NCBI GenBank assembly: GCA_963725665.1
Contig: CAVRZA010000004.1
Coordinates: 96,001-160,000, forward strand
Source of the DNA: an uncultured Actinomycetes bacterium
Lineage (GTDB): Bacteria > Actinomycetota > Thermoleophilia > UBA2241
Direction: 5' to 3'
Length of the DNA: 64,000 nt
The translations under genes were made by a program, and so were the position numbers. Below are positions 27,968 to 38,214 of this stretch, piece by piece. The notes under the pieces are model-generated. The model saw only the letters and a program-made list of their open reading frames with translations, searched no databases and had not been told where the DNA came from. Each line of letters starts with the position of its first letter. Within the stretch, counting starts at the first letter, position 1.

Positions 27968-29220
27968 ATGGGCCAGAGCGTGCTCATCCTGGGTGGCTAC
28001 GGGGTAGCCGGGCGGATGCTCGCTCGACTGTTGCTGCGCGAGTCGAAGGCCGATGTGATCCTTGCCGGACGTAGCCTCGCCAAGGCTGAGGCGGCTGCGG
28101 CGGCGCTCAATGCAGAGCCGGCGATGGACGCACGAGCGCTCGCGCCGCCGACGCCGCCGATCCCGTTTCGCTCGACGCCGCCTTCGCCGGGGTCGACCTG
28201 GTCGCCGTCTGCTCGAGCACGCTGGCCCACGTCGACACCGTGGCCAACGCCGCTCTGCGGGCCGGCGCCGACTACTTCGACCTGCAGCTCTCCGTGGCGA
28301 AGAAGTTCGCCGCTCTCGAGCGGCTGCGGAGCCGCATCGAGGACGAGGGGCGCTGCTTCATCACCGACGGCGGGATCCACCCCGGCTTGTCGGCGGCTCT
28401 GATCCGCGCGCTCGAGCCAGCCTTCGAGCGGCTCGAGCGCGCGCAGGTGGCCGGCCTCATGCGCGTCGACTGGAGGGCCTTCGACTTCTCGACCGCCACC
28501 ATCGAGGAGTTCGTCGAGGAGTTCAGGGACTACCGCGTCGAAGCGTTGCGGGACGGAGTGTGGGCCAAGGTCGGCTGGCGTGAGGCCCAACGGCGCGTCG
28601 ACTTCGGGCCGTACTTCGGCACGCACCCGTGTTCCCTGATGTACCTGGAGGAGTTGCGCCGGCTGCCGCGGCTCATCCCCAGCCTGCGGAGCTGCGGCTT
28701 CTACGTCGCCGGGTTCAACCGCGTCGTCGACTACGCCCTCATGCCGCTGGGCATGGTCGTGATGAAGGTCGCCCCCGGCCGCCTGGGGCCGCCCTACTCG
28801 AGACTGCTCGCCTGGGGGCTGCGCACCTTCCAGGAACCGCCGTACGCGACGGTGTGGCAGGTCGAGGCCGACGGCACGGCACGCGCCGACGCCGCCGACG
28901 ACGGGCGCAAGTCCGGCGGCGGGACACCGGCAGCCGGGGGCGGTGCGACACCGGCAGCCGGCGGCCGCAGGCCGCTTCATGTGCGTCTGCGCCTCATCCA
29001 CGAGGACGGCTACTTCCTCACGGCCGCCGCGGCCGCCGCGTGCCTGCTTCAGTACCTGGACGAGTCGATCCGCGCGCCGGGGCTGCATCTGCAGGCGCTC
29101 GTCGTCGAGCCCGGTCGTTTCCTTGACGATCTGCGCCGCCTTGGGGTGTCCATCGCCATCGAGGGCATCGACCTCGGTGCGCTGCTCCCCACGCGAGAGG
29201 CGCCGCCCGCGTCGGCTTGA
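27968..29220 (+). CDS. Saccharopine dehydrogenase-like NAD(P)-binding oxidoreductase (frameshift near 28120)
   Basis: ILGGYGVAG Rossmann motif, LAGRSLAKA, YFD and GIHPGLS motifs. Confidence 0.75.
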
Positions 29221-29237
29221 CCTCCCCCGCCGCGCGG

Positions 29238-30174
29238 TCAGGCCGCGGCTTCCGGACGTGCTGCGGCGAGCGGGCTGAGGCTCGTGGCCAAGCGAGCGAC
29301 GAACCGCGGCAGCAGGTCGTCTTCGGCCACGGCGTGGTCGGGGTTCACCTCCGTGATGACGAGACCGCCGAAGGCAGGGTCTTCTGCGAACACCGATAGG
29401 GCCGCCATCGCATCGTCGATGGAGAGGCCCTGGTTGCGCTGATAGGCGTCGTCTGCGATGGGGAAGTCGACGAAGTCGATCGCGTCGACATCGAAGTGGA
29501 CGAGGAAGCGGTCGGCCCTCCCTCGTAGAGTGTCGGCGGCCTGTGCGGCGGCCTGGCGCGCGTGCCCGGCGACCTCGGTCGCCGGGTAGACCAGGCCGCC
29601 CTGCCTCGTGAGCAGGTCTCGCTCCCAGCTGGTGAGCTCGCTCTCGACAGCGGCGAAGAAGACGACATCGCCCCACGACAGGAGTGGAAAACGGGGGCCC
29701 AGGTGGCTCAGCGACGAGTCGGCCGTCGGCTCGCCGAGCACATGCGACATGCCCATCCAATCGAGGGCGCCTTTGATGGCGCTGTCGGGTGTGTTCAGGT
29801 CGGGATGGGCGTCGAGATACACGAGACCTACTCGATCGACCACGCGCACGTAGCCCGCGAGCGCGCCGAGGAGCAGAGTGCAGTCGCCGCCGATGATCAG
29901 GGGTAGCTCCTCCGCTCTGACGACCTCTTCGGTGGCGTCGGCGAGCGTGCGCGCGACCATCTCGACCCGGGGGAGGTTGTGACCTCGGGGGTGTCTCCTG
30001 TCGATGGCGAACGGCACGAGCGGCAGGTCGCCGCGATCGTCGAGCGCGATGCCGTCGCCGCGCAGACGTCTCAACGAGGCCCGCTGCGCGCAGTGCCGAC
30101 GGCGCCTTCTCGAGGCCGGGGGAGTGGGCGCCGGCCGCGCTGGGCGCCCCGATGAGTGCCAGAGTCCGTGTCAC
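29238..30174 (-). CDS. Arginase/ureohydrolase family protein (frameshift near 30070)
   Basis: GAPSAAGA...APSALRAAGL, GGDCTL, DAHPDLNTP, HFDVDAID, TEVNPD. Confidence 0.85.
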
Positions 30175-30395
30175 GTCGCCTCCAGTGCATCCGTCGGATG
30201 CTCCGTTTGCAGCCCGCCCGCAGCTAGCAGCCCGTTCCTGGCCCGGCCGTCGATCCTGCCTCCCGGGCCGGGAGTTGACTGGCTCCCGCGGCGACTATAG
30301 TCGCTGGAAGCGGCGCGCTAACCGATTGGCCGCGTGACGCGCCTCCTGTGGCTCTTCTTTGAGCGAGCTGAACCCTTGCTGTGGACGTAGTACGC

Positions 30396-30414
30396 GCTTA
30401 ACATCGCTTAACAT
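30396..30414 (+). promoter_or_regulatory. Direct repeat GCTTAACAT x2 at a 10-bp period (possible OmpR-type box)
   Basis: GCTTAACATCGCTTAACAT upstream of a small secreted-protein gene. Confidence 0.4.
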
Positions 30415-30480
30415 GTTTCGAGCATGGTAATGCTCGCTTCGTGGGTATAAGGGTGCCAGACCTTATCCCGACCAAGGGGT

Positions 30481-30714
30481 GTGACAATGCCTAGGAAGTA
30501 CCTTATCGGTCTCGTCGTGGTCCTCGTCCTCGCGCTCGCCGTGTGGCTTGTCCCCATGGCGCTGGCCGACAACAGCAGCAGTCCCGCGCCGAGCACGGCC
30601 CAGACGGCGAGCCCGGCGCCGTATCACAGCTCGGGCACGGCCAATGGCTGTGACGGAGACAACTCGGGCTCAGGCGGCTCGAGCTCCGGATCCACCTACT
30701 ACCAGACCTTCTGA
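30481..30714 (+). CDS. Small secreted Ser/Gly-rich hypothetical protein
   Basis: Signal peptide ending in ALA; low-complexity mature region. Confidence 0.65.
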   Translation: MTMPRKYLIGLVVVLVLALAVWLVPMALADNSSSPAPSTAQTASPAPYHSSGTANGCDGDNSGSGGSSSGSTYYQTF

Positions 30715-30763
30715 CCTGCACGCGCCGGGGCACCGTGACCGCGGCGAGCCGCCGGCAGGCAAC

Positions 30764-30801
30764 GCGAGGGGGCGGCTCCCGAGAGGGAGCCGCCCCCTCG
30801 C
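30764..30801. terminator. 17-bp perfect stem with GAGA loop
   Basis: GCGAGGGGGCGGCTCCC-GAGA-GGGAGCCGCCCCCTCGC. Confidence 0.65.
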
Positions 30802-30942
30802 TGTTCCGCCGCCGCGCGCTCAGCTTAGGGCACGGGGGGCGGCGGTTCCTCGTGCTCCCATCCGGTCAGCCTCCGTGGTTGGTAGGATGTGACGTGTCTC
30901 GGTGTCGGCCGAGCACGCCTAACGAACGGAGGTCACATCGCC

Positions 30943-31221
30943 ATGACACTGCTGACCTGGGTGGTCGTCATCATCGTCGTCGCCATCGCAGCGGCGGTCG
31001 TCGGTTGGCTCGTTCTGCGGGCGCTCGGCCGCGGCACGCCGCGGGTCCCCGACGCTCTCGAGCACCTGCCGTCGCGTACCGACCAGCCCGTCGCCTTCTC
31101 GGAGGGGCGGGCGGTGACGGAAGCCGAGGAACCACCTGCAGGGACCAGCGACGACGCCGCCTTCGAACGGGTCCTGCGCGAGGAGCTCGACGAGGTCAGA
31201 GGAGAGGATCAGCAGGCCTGA
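30943..31221 (+). CDS. Single-TM hypothetical protein
   Basis: GGAGG RBS, N-terminal hydrophobic helix, acidic tail. Confidence 0.65.
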   Translation: MTLLTWVVVIIVVAIAAAVVGWLVLRALGRGTPRVPDALEHLPSRTDQPVAFSEGRAVTEAEEPPAGTSDDAAFERVLREELDEVRGEDQQA

Positions 31222-31343
31222 TCCTAGCCCGGCACTGGGACGATCTGCGTGCTCAAACGGTTCCACCATCTCCGCGAAGGGAATGACGGGCGGGAACGTT
31301 TCCCTCGCCATTTGGCTATGGCCATACCGAACGGAGGCCCGCG

Positions 31344-31730
31344 ATGGGTACCGGCAATAAGGCGACATCGAAGTCTTTTGACAAGGCTGACGAACACGTA
31401 TCGAAGGGCGGCGTCGAGATCGAGGTGGTCCAGCTCGGCGATTTCAAGGCGAAGCGCGCTACCTACCCAGTGGGATGGAAGTTCTCGCGCGACATGGGCG
31501 CGCCGAAGTGCCACGACACGCACGTCGGCTACACCCTGTCCGGTCGCATAGTCGCGGAGTTCGATGACGGCACGCGGGTGGAGTTCGGGCCCGGCTCGGC
31601 CTTCATCGTGCCGGCAGGGCACGACGCCCACGTAGTCGGCGACGAGCCCTGCGTGATCGTGCAGTTCGACGAAGGTGAGTCGGCGGCGCGCCGCTTCAAC
31701 GTCCCGAGCGTCGTCTCGAAGGCTGCCTGA
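31344..31730 (+). CDS. Cupin domain protein
   Basis: GWKFS, CHDTHVGYTLSG, VPAGHDAHVVGDEPC. Confidence 0.8.
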   Translation: MGTGNKATSKSFDKADEHVSKGGVEIEVVQLGDFKAKRATYPVGWKFSRDMGAPKCHDTHVGYTLSGRIVAEFDDGTRVEFGPGSAFIVPAGHDAHVVGDEPCVIVQFDEGESAARRFNVPSVVSKAA

Positions 31731-31764
31731 GTGTCTCGCGGAGACTGAATCTCACCGTCTGTGT

Positions 31765-31794
31765 GCGAGGGGCCGCCGGTAGGCGGCCCCTCGC
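31765..31794. terminator. 13-bp stem-loop
   Basis: GCGAGGGGCCGCC-GGTA-GGCGGCCCCTCGC. Confidence 0.55.
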
Positions 31795-31909
31795 CGTCCG
31801 GGCTCCGGAGTACACTCCCATCCGTGAAACGGCGCAGAAGCAGGCTGAGACGCGGCCGCGAGAGTCCTGCCCTGGGAGGGTCTGCGAACGAGGTCCGGGG
31901 AGAGACGGA

Positions 31910-32269
31910 ATGATCGACGGCATGCACGCCATCGTCTATACGCGCGATGCCAACGCGGCGCGCGCCTTCTTTCGCGACACCCTTGGTCTGCCCTCTGTCG
32001 ATGCCGGCCAGGGCTGGCTCATCTTCGCCCTGCCGCCGGCTGAGATGGCGGCTCATCCCAGCGAGGGCGAGTCGCGGCACGAGCTCTACTTGATGTGCGA
32101 CGACATCCACGCCACGGTCGAGGAGCTGCGAAGCAAGGGCGTTGTCTTCACGAAGGGGATCAGCGACGAGGGCTGGGGGCTGCTCACGACGCTCGAGGTT
32201 CCGGGCGGGGGTGAGCTCGGGCTCTACGAGCCCCGGCACCCCCGCCCCACGCACATCGGGACCGGCTGA
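31910..32269 (+). CDS. VOC/glyoxalase family protein
   Basis: RAFFRDTLG, GWLIFALPPAE, LYLMCDDI, GLYEPRH. Confidence 0.85.
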   Translation: MIDGMHAIVYTRDANAARAFFRDTLGLPSVDAGQGWLIFALPPAEMAAHPSEGESRHELYLMCDDIHATVEELRSKGVVFTKGISDEGWGLLTTLEVPGGGELGLYEPRHPRPTHIGTG

Positions 32270-32470
32270 CGGCGCTCCGACCGGTCCTTCAGTCCTGGCG
32301 CCAGAGGCGCCGCTGCTCGGGCGACGAACAAGAGGTTGGGCTGCGACATCTGAAGTCGGCGGCAGGAGACCGGGCTCCACATGGGGGCGGAGCCCTGCCG
32401 TGCGCGTCGCGCCTCACCGTTCCCACGCGCTGGGCTCGACCCAGGAGCGGAGTCCTTGAGAGGAGGACCT

Positions 32471-33388
32471 GTGGGTGGTCTCGATGGCAAACGGCTGGAG
32501 AAGCTCGTCGGCCCGCTCCGTGTGCCAACCGGCAAGAAGGTGTCGTTGCCCAAGGACTTCGACCCCGGCTACACAGCGGACTTCGTGACGAAGGAAGACG
32601 CCCAGGATGACCTGCGCCAGGGTGTCGAGATCCTACGCGACTACCAGGGGCGGCTGGCCGCGCAAGACGTCTACGCTCTGCTCGTGGTGTTGCAGGGGCT
32701 CGACGCCTCAGGCAAGGACGGCACCGTCGAGCACGTCATGAGCGGCGTGAACCCGCAGGGCGTGTCGGTGACGAGCTTCAAGGCACCCTCGCCGCTGGAG
32801 CTCGATCATGACTTCCTCTGGCGCCACCAGGTGGCGCTGCCAGGGCGCGGCCAGATCGGCGTCTTCAACCGCTCGCACTACGAGGAGGTGCTCGTGGTGC
32901 GCGTCCATCCGCAGTATCTCAAGGGCCAGCGTCTGCCGGTGGAGGGCGACGGCGACGAGATCTGGGAGCGTCGCTACCGCGAGATCAACGAGTGGGAGCG
33001 CCACCTCGTCGACAACGGCACCAGGGTGGTGAAGCTGTTCCTCAACGTCTCCAAGGAGGAGCAGCGCCGGCAGTTCCTCGAGCGCATCGACGACCCCACC
33101 AAGGGCTGGAAGTTCTCGCCCGCCGACGTGGGCGAGCGCGAGTACTGGGACGACTACCAGAAGGCCTACATGGCCATGCTGGGCGCGACCAGCACGATGT
33201 GGGCGCCGTGGTACGTGATCCCGGCCGACCACAGGTGGTTCGCGCGTCTCGCCGCGGCTGCCGTCGTCATCTCGGCGCTGGTCGACATCGACCCACGCTT
33301 CCCCGAGGCCGACGACAAGCGCAAAGAGGAGACGGCGGCGGCCAAGCGCCAGCTTGAGGCGGAGGAGCCGGGCAAGAGCGCGGGGTGA
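32471..33388 (+). CDS. ppk2: Polyphosphate kinase 2 family
   Basis: QGLDASGKDG, SFKAPS, FNRSHYEEVL, APWYVIPAD; AGGAGG RBS. Confidence 0.92.
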   Translation: MGGLDGKRLEKLVGPLRVPTGKKVSLPKDFDPGYTADFVTKEDAQDDLRQGVEILRDYQGRLAAQDVYALLVVLQGLDASGKDGTVEHVMSGVNPQGVSVTSFKAPSPLELDHDFLWRHQVALPGRGQIGVFNRSHYEEVLVVRVHPQYLKGQRLPVEGDGDEIWERRYREINEWERHLVDNGTRVVKLFLNVSKEEQRRQFLERIDDPTKGWKFSPADVGEREYWDDYQKAYMAMLGATSTMWAPWYVIPADHRWFARLAAAAVVISALVDIDPRFPEADDKRKEETAAAKRQLEAEEPGKSAG

Positions 33389-34413
33389 CCATGACGGGTC
33401 GCCGCGCGAGCGCCGCTGCCGGCGCCGCCGTCATCCTGGCCTGCCTGGCGCTTGTGCTCGTCGCCGGCTGCGGCGGCGCGTCGCGGGAGAAGCCGCCGCA
33501 GGGCGGCGGCTCGGCCGCGACGCCGCGACCTTCTCATCCCACCCCGACGACGGCGTCGCCCAAGACGTCGACGAAGGGGACCGGTGCGGGGGCGACGCGA
33601 GCCGGCGGCGCGACCTCTGGTGCACGCCGACCGCTCGTCAGGCTCGTCTTCGTCGACGTGGGTCAGGGCGACGCCGTCATCCTCAAGGCCGGCTCGTTCG
33701 ACTGCCTGATCGACGGAGGTCCGCGCGGCGCGGAGGATCACCTCGAGAGCGAGTTGCGCCAGGTCGGCGTCAGGAGGCTCGATCTGCTCGTTCTCACCCA
33801 CCCTCACGCCGACCACATCGGCGGCCTGCCCGAGGTCATCCGCGACTTCAAGCCCAAGCGGGCCGTGGTCGACGAAGGCTGGCCCACGGCCACCTACGCC
33901 GGCGTGAGAAGGGCTCTCTCCTCCGCAGGGACGGCGATACGACGCCGCTTCAGCGGCGCGCGCCTACGGCTTGGCTCGGTCGCGGCGACCGTCCTCAGCC
34001 CCCGCCGCCTCTCCGGCGATCCAAACGCGGACAGCGTCGTGCTGCTGCTCGACGCCTACAGGCGGCGCATCCTCCTCACCGGCGACGTAACCGGGGAGAG
34101 CGAAAGTGCCCTCGCCGGAGTGCTCGCTCGCGGGCCGCGACTGTTCCTGCTCAAGGTCGCGCATCACGGTTCCGACTGGTCGACGGGCTCGACGTTTCTC
34201 GACGCGGCGCGTCCGCGCTTCGCGGTGATCGAGGTGGGGCCGAACCCCTACGGGTACCCCTCGGCGAAGACGATCGGCCGTCTGAGAACCGAGGGCACGC
34301 GCGTCTACACCACGCGCAAGAACGGCGACATACGGGTGACGATCGCTCCCTCGGGCAAGGTGACGTGGCGCTTCGAGCGGTCGGCCAAGCCGGTCACGGG
34401 CGGTGTGAGGTAG
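33385..34413 (+). CDS. ComEC/Rec2-type metallo-beta-lactamase-fold lipoprotein
   Basis: Lipobox LVAGC, DVGQGDA, THPHADHIGG, LKVAHHGS. Confidence 0.85.
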   Translation: MTMTGRRASAAAGAAVILACLALVLVAGCGGASREKPPQGGGSAATPRPSHPTPTTASPKTSTKGTGAGATRAGGATSGARRPLVRLVFVDVGQGDAVILKAGSFDCLIDGGPRGAEDHLESELRQVGVRRLDLLVLTHPHADHIGGLPEVIRDFKPKRAVVDEGWPTATYAGVRRALSSAGTAIRRRFSGARLRLGSVAATVLSPRRLSGDPNADSVVLLLDAYRRRILLTGDVTGESESALAGVLARGPRLFLLKVAHHGSDWSTGSTFLDAARPRFAVIEVGPNPYGYPSAKTIGRLRTEGTRVYTTRKNGDIRVTIAPSGKVTWRFERSAKPVTGGVR

Positions 34414-34432
34414 GCGGACCGGGTCGCCGTGG

Positions 34433-35347
34433 TCAGGCCGCGGCTGCGAAGCGCTCGCCGAAGCCCTCGGTCGCCCAGAGAGCTCCCTGCGCGCCCACCA
34501 CCAGCGCCTCGTAGTCCTGCAGGCGCGAGAGGCGCCCGAGCAGGGCGCCGCCGGAGGCGATCAGCGCCGTCGCCAGCACGTCGCTGAGTGTGAGCTCCGG
34601 GCCGAGGACGGTGGCCGCGGCGAGCGCCGTCGCGGGACGCCCGCTGCCGGGGGTGAGGATGTGCTGGCCACGCTCGTAGCTCCCCGAGGTGGCCAGGGCG
34701 CCCGAACCCTCGATCGTGACCACACCGAGCAGCCGATCGGGACTCGCGGGGTGACGCACGCCAACCCGCCAGGGTTGACCGGGTAGGGGCTCACCGAAGG
34801 TGGCGATGTCGCCGCCGGCGTTGATGAGGCCGGCGGCGAGGCCGCCGGCCTCAAGAGCTTGCAGGGCGCGCTGCGCCGCCCAGCCTTTGACCAGGCCCGT
34901 GGGGTCGAGGCCGCCGGGCAGCCCCCAGGGGTCGAACCAGCCCTCGCTGAGCTCGCGCGCCTGCGCGCAGAGCTCGAGCACCTCGGCCATCTCGGGCGGC
35001 GCGGCGGCGACGTCGATCTCGCCGCGCCGCAGGCGGCTCGCCGGGCTTTCGGGCTTGTAGAGGCTGAAGACCGCGTCGGCCTCATGCAGGAGGGCGACGG
35101 CGCGCGCCAGCGAGGCGCGCGCCGTCGCCTCCGTCACCTCACTGCGAAAGCGCAGCGAGAAGGAGACCGCCGTGCCCATGACGTGCTCGGTGTGGGCCAG
35201 GCGGTGTCCGGCCGGAGGCGCCTCCGGCGTCTGGGCCTCGCGCCGCCCTGCCGTCCGGGCCTTGTGGCGCCCAGCCGTCTCGGTCCCGCGTCGCCGCACC
35301 ATCTTCGTCGGGGAGTCCCGTACCGGTTGCGCAGTCTCGCGTCTCAT
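34433..35347 (-). CDS. apbE: FAD:protein FMN transferase (ApbE family)
   Basis: VMGT, FSLYKPES, DPTGLVKGWA, NAGGDI, ATSGSYERG. Confidence 0.85.
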   Translation of the reverse strand: MRRETAQPVRDSPTKMVRRRGTETAGRHKARTAGRREAQTPEAPPAGHRLAHTEHVMGTAVSFSLRFRSEVTEATARASLARAVALLHEADAVFSLYKPESPASRLRRGEIDVAAAPPEMAEVLELCAQARELSEGWFDPWGLPGGLDPTGLVKGWAAQRALQALEAGGLAAGLINAGGDIATFGEPLPGQPWRVGVRHPASPDRLLGVVTIEGSGALATSGSYERGQHILTPGSGRPATALAAATVLGPELTLSDVLATALIASGGALLGRLSRLQDYEALVVGAQGALWATEGFGERFAAAA

Positions 35348-35500
35348 CCTGTCGCCTCCATGTCTGTGGCGGTCCGGTCGAAGGTTGCCCCCGACACGAT
35401 GAAGGCGCGATGAAGGCGCCTCGGGCCTGCGCTGCCGAGGGCGGGGGGCTCGGGGGTGGCGCGGCGATCACGTGGTACATGAGGACGGGAACGGAGCGCG
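35344..35500 (-). pseudogene. Chimeric remnant: polysaccharide-deacetylase-like start plus FMN-attachment-like end
   Basis: VPVLMYHVI motif in one frame; IVSGAT in another frame whose stop overlaps the apbE ATG. Confidence 0.35.
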
Positions 35501-35743
35501 GCCGGTCCACCGGCGGCGACCTCCCGGCCACGATCGGCTCCCGGCCTCGCCGGCGTATCCAAAGGCGGCGTGGCGGGCCTTGCCGCTCGCGCCTTCACCG
35601 TAGTCCGGGCTGACGACGCGCGCCTCGTTCGCCGCGGGCATGCCTACGAGGATGCCAAGGCGGCATCCCACCCTTGGCTTGACGGCTAGCTTGTCCCCGA
35701 GAGCGGCGGGGGACAACCGTTCCGTGATGGTAGAATCGCCGCC

Positions 35744-37369
35744 GTGCTAGTACGTGAGTTCATCTCAGCGGTCGACGGGCTCGCGCCGTTCGAGCTGGCG
35801 GAGCCCTGGGACCGCGTCGGGCTGCAGGTGGGCGCGCTCGACGCGCGCGTCGAGCGCGCCCTCGTGACCCTCGATGTCAACCTCGCGGCCCTCGGCGAGG
35901 CGCGTGAGGCAGGCTGCCAACTCCTCCTCGCCCATCATCCCTTGTTCCGCGACCCACTCGAGGCCGTGACGGACTCCTCCTACCAGGGACGCGCCGTCCT
36001 GCAGGCCGTGCGCGACGGCGTCGCCGTCTTGGTGGCGCACACCAACCTCGACAAGGCGCGCGGCGGGCTTGCCGACATCGTCTGCGAGGCGCTTGACCTC
36101 GAGGGGGTCAAGCCACTGGCGCCGGCGCGCGTGGAGCTCGCCAAGCTCGTGGGTTTCGTGCCCGAGGGCGACGCCGACACCGTGCGCAGCGCGATCTTCG
36201 CCGCCGGTGCAGGGGAGATCGGCGAGTACGTCCACTGCTCGTTTTCGACCAAGGGGGAAGGCACGTTCCTGCCGACCGAGGGAGCACGCCCGACGGTGGG
36301 CGAGGTGGGCAAGGACCAGCGCACCGACGAGCTGCGCATCGAAGTCGTCTTCCCGCGCTCGCTGCGCGGTCAGATCATCGACGCCTTCGTCTCGGCGCAT
36401 TCCTACGAGGAGCCGGCGTTCGACGTCTACCCGGTCGAGAACGAGGTAGCCAGCCTCGGTCTGGGGCGCATCGGCTATCTGCCCGCGCCTGCTTCTCTGG
36501 GCGATCTCGCTACGCTCGTGGCCGGCATCTTCGGCCTGCACGGGGTGCGTTACACCGGCGACTCCGAGCGACAGGTGTCGCGTGTCGTGTGCGTGCCCGG
36601 CTCGGGTGCGGCGCTCCTGGAGCAGGCCGCCGCCGCCGGCGACGTCTTCATCACCGGCGACATCAAGTACCACGACGCCGACAACGCCTATCGTCTCGGC
36701 CTGCCGCTGATCGACGTGCCGCACGAGCTCTGCGAGGGGTTCGCGCTCGAGCGCTGGGCCGAGCGCTTCGCCGACGGCATGAAGACCCAGGGCGTGGAGG
36801 TGCGCTTCTTCGAGCAGCGCCGCCGGCTGTGGCGCCTGGCGGGCCCGATCGAGGAAGGCGGCGAGGTGACGGGACGCGCGGCGGAGGCGGCCGGCGCGGC
36901 CGCGCCGGCCGCCTCCGCCGCGCGTCCCAACAACGCCGTCCATCGTGCCTCCAACTCGAGCGACGACCACTACGAGCTGTTCGTCGACGGCGGCGCCCGC
37001 GGCAACCCCGGTCCCGCGGGCATCGGCGTGCGCCTGCTCGACACCAGCGGCGAGCTGGCCGAGGAGCTGAGCGACTACATCGGCGAGGCGACCAACAACC
37101 AGGCCGAGTACCAGGCGCTGGTCGCGGGGCTCGAGATGGCCATCGACCACGGCGTCCGCCGGCTGACGGTGTTCGCCGACAGCGAGCTCGTCGTGCGCCA
37201 GCTTTCTGGCGAGTACAGGGTCAAGGACAAGGTCCTGGCGCAGTTCCACGACGCCGCGCGGCGCCTGCTGCACCAGTTCCAGGAGGTCGAGGTCAAAGCG
37301 ATCCCGCGTGAGGAGAACGTCGCCGCCGACCAACTGGTGAACCTGGCCATCGACCGCTTTCTGGCGTAG
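35744..37369 (+). CDS. Nif3/YqfO-like dinuclear metal protein fused to ribonuclease HI
   Basis: WDRVGLQVG, AHHPLF, HTNLD, AHSYEEPAFD, TGDIKYH, then VDGGARGNPGPAG, TNNQAEY, DSELVVRQ, ENVAAD. TGGTAGAAT lies 7 nt before the GTG (leaderless). Confidence 0.88.
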   Translation: MLVREFISAVDGLAPFELAEPWDRVGLQVGALDARVERALVTLDVNLAALGEAREAGCQLLLAHHPLFRDPLEAVTDSSYQGRAVLQAVRDGVAVLVAHTNLDKARGGLADIVCEALDLEGVKPLAPARVELAKLVGFVPEGDADTVRSAIFAAGAGEIGEYVHCSFSTKGEGTFLPTEGARPTVGEVGKDQRTDELRIEVVFPRSLRGQIIDAFVSAHSYEEPAFDVYPVENEVASLGLGRIGYLPAPASLGDLATLVAGIFGLHGVRYTGDSERQVSRVVCVPGSGAALLEQAAAAGDVFITGDIKYHDADNAYRLGLPLIDVPHELCEGFALERWAERFADGMKTQGVEVRFFEQRRRLWRLAGPIEEGGEVTGRAAEAAGAAAPAASAARPNNAVHRASNSSDDHYELFVDGGARGNPGPAGIGVRLLDTSGELAEELSDYIGEATNNQAEYQALVAGLEMAIDHGVRRLTVFADSELVVRQLSGEYRVKDKVLAQFHDAARRLLHQFQEVEVKAIPREENVAADQLVNLAIDRFLA

Positions 37370-37431
37370 GGAACTCCCGGGCGCCCTCGTGGCACCCCTC
37401 GGCGGGGTTGTGTATACTACCGCGTTGCCGA

Positions 37432-37508
37432 GCGGGTGTAGCTCAGTTGGCTAGAGCGTCTGCTTGCCATGCAGAAGGTCGAGGGTTCAAGTCCCTTCAC
37501 CCGCTCCA
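37432..37508 (+). tRNA. tRNA-Gly (GCC)
   Basis: Cloverleaf with acceptor GCGGGTG/CACCCGC, anticodon arm TCTGC-TTGCCAT-GCAGA, GGTTCAA T-loop, encoded CCA. TGTGTATACT lies upstream. Confidence 0.95.
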
Positions 37509-37687
37509 GTATTGCTCGGCACGCAGGGGCAGAGGAGAGGGTCGGCGCTAGGCTCTGTCGTCTGCCCTTCGTTTCGACGGCGGGCCGTCCGTCGTCCGAG
37601 CGGGTTCGCGGAGGTCATTCCGGCGAGCCTGCCGACGTCGATCTGGCGGCTCCCAACCGTCGAACCGAGCGGGGTGCCTCGCGTGCG

Positions 37688-37762
<75 letters not shown>

Positions 37763-37820
37763 AGACTTTCCTGTAAAGAGCCACTTTCCTATTGTGCATC
37801 TCGGCACGCTTTGCCTGAAT

Positions 37821-37881
37821 TGCCGACATCTTGCCGACGAAACTCTCGGTTGACAACTCTCGGTTGACACTCTCGGTGACA
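37821..37881 (+). repeat. TGCCGAC x2 followed by ACTCTCGG(T)TGACA x3
   Basis: TGCCGACATCTTGCCGACG, then ACTCTCGGTTGACA-ACTCTCGGTTGAC-ACTCTCGGTGACA. Confidence 0.75.
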
Positions 37882-38214
37882 GGGTGCCCGGGTTTGAGAA
37901 CGCGGTGACGGGCCGACTCGAGCACCCGTTTCGACGAATAGTGCTCCTCCTTTCTTGACCTCACTTCCCCGTGGCGTCTAGGTTGGCGATGCCTGCACAA
38001 AGCCGGTCATGAAAGACGCACGGTCTTCTTGGTCAGTGGCAGGCGTCGCAGTCACAGCGGCCAGGGCGAGATCTCTTCCTTGCGTGATGATGGGCTGTTC
38101 GATTCCCTCCTCCAGCACCCCGCTTACAGGGAGAACGGCGAGGCGACATCTTGGCAACTTCGCCACTGCTAGACTCGTGCGCAGATGAGATGCGTCCAAA
38201 GGGAGGGCAAGCTC

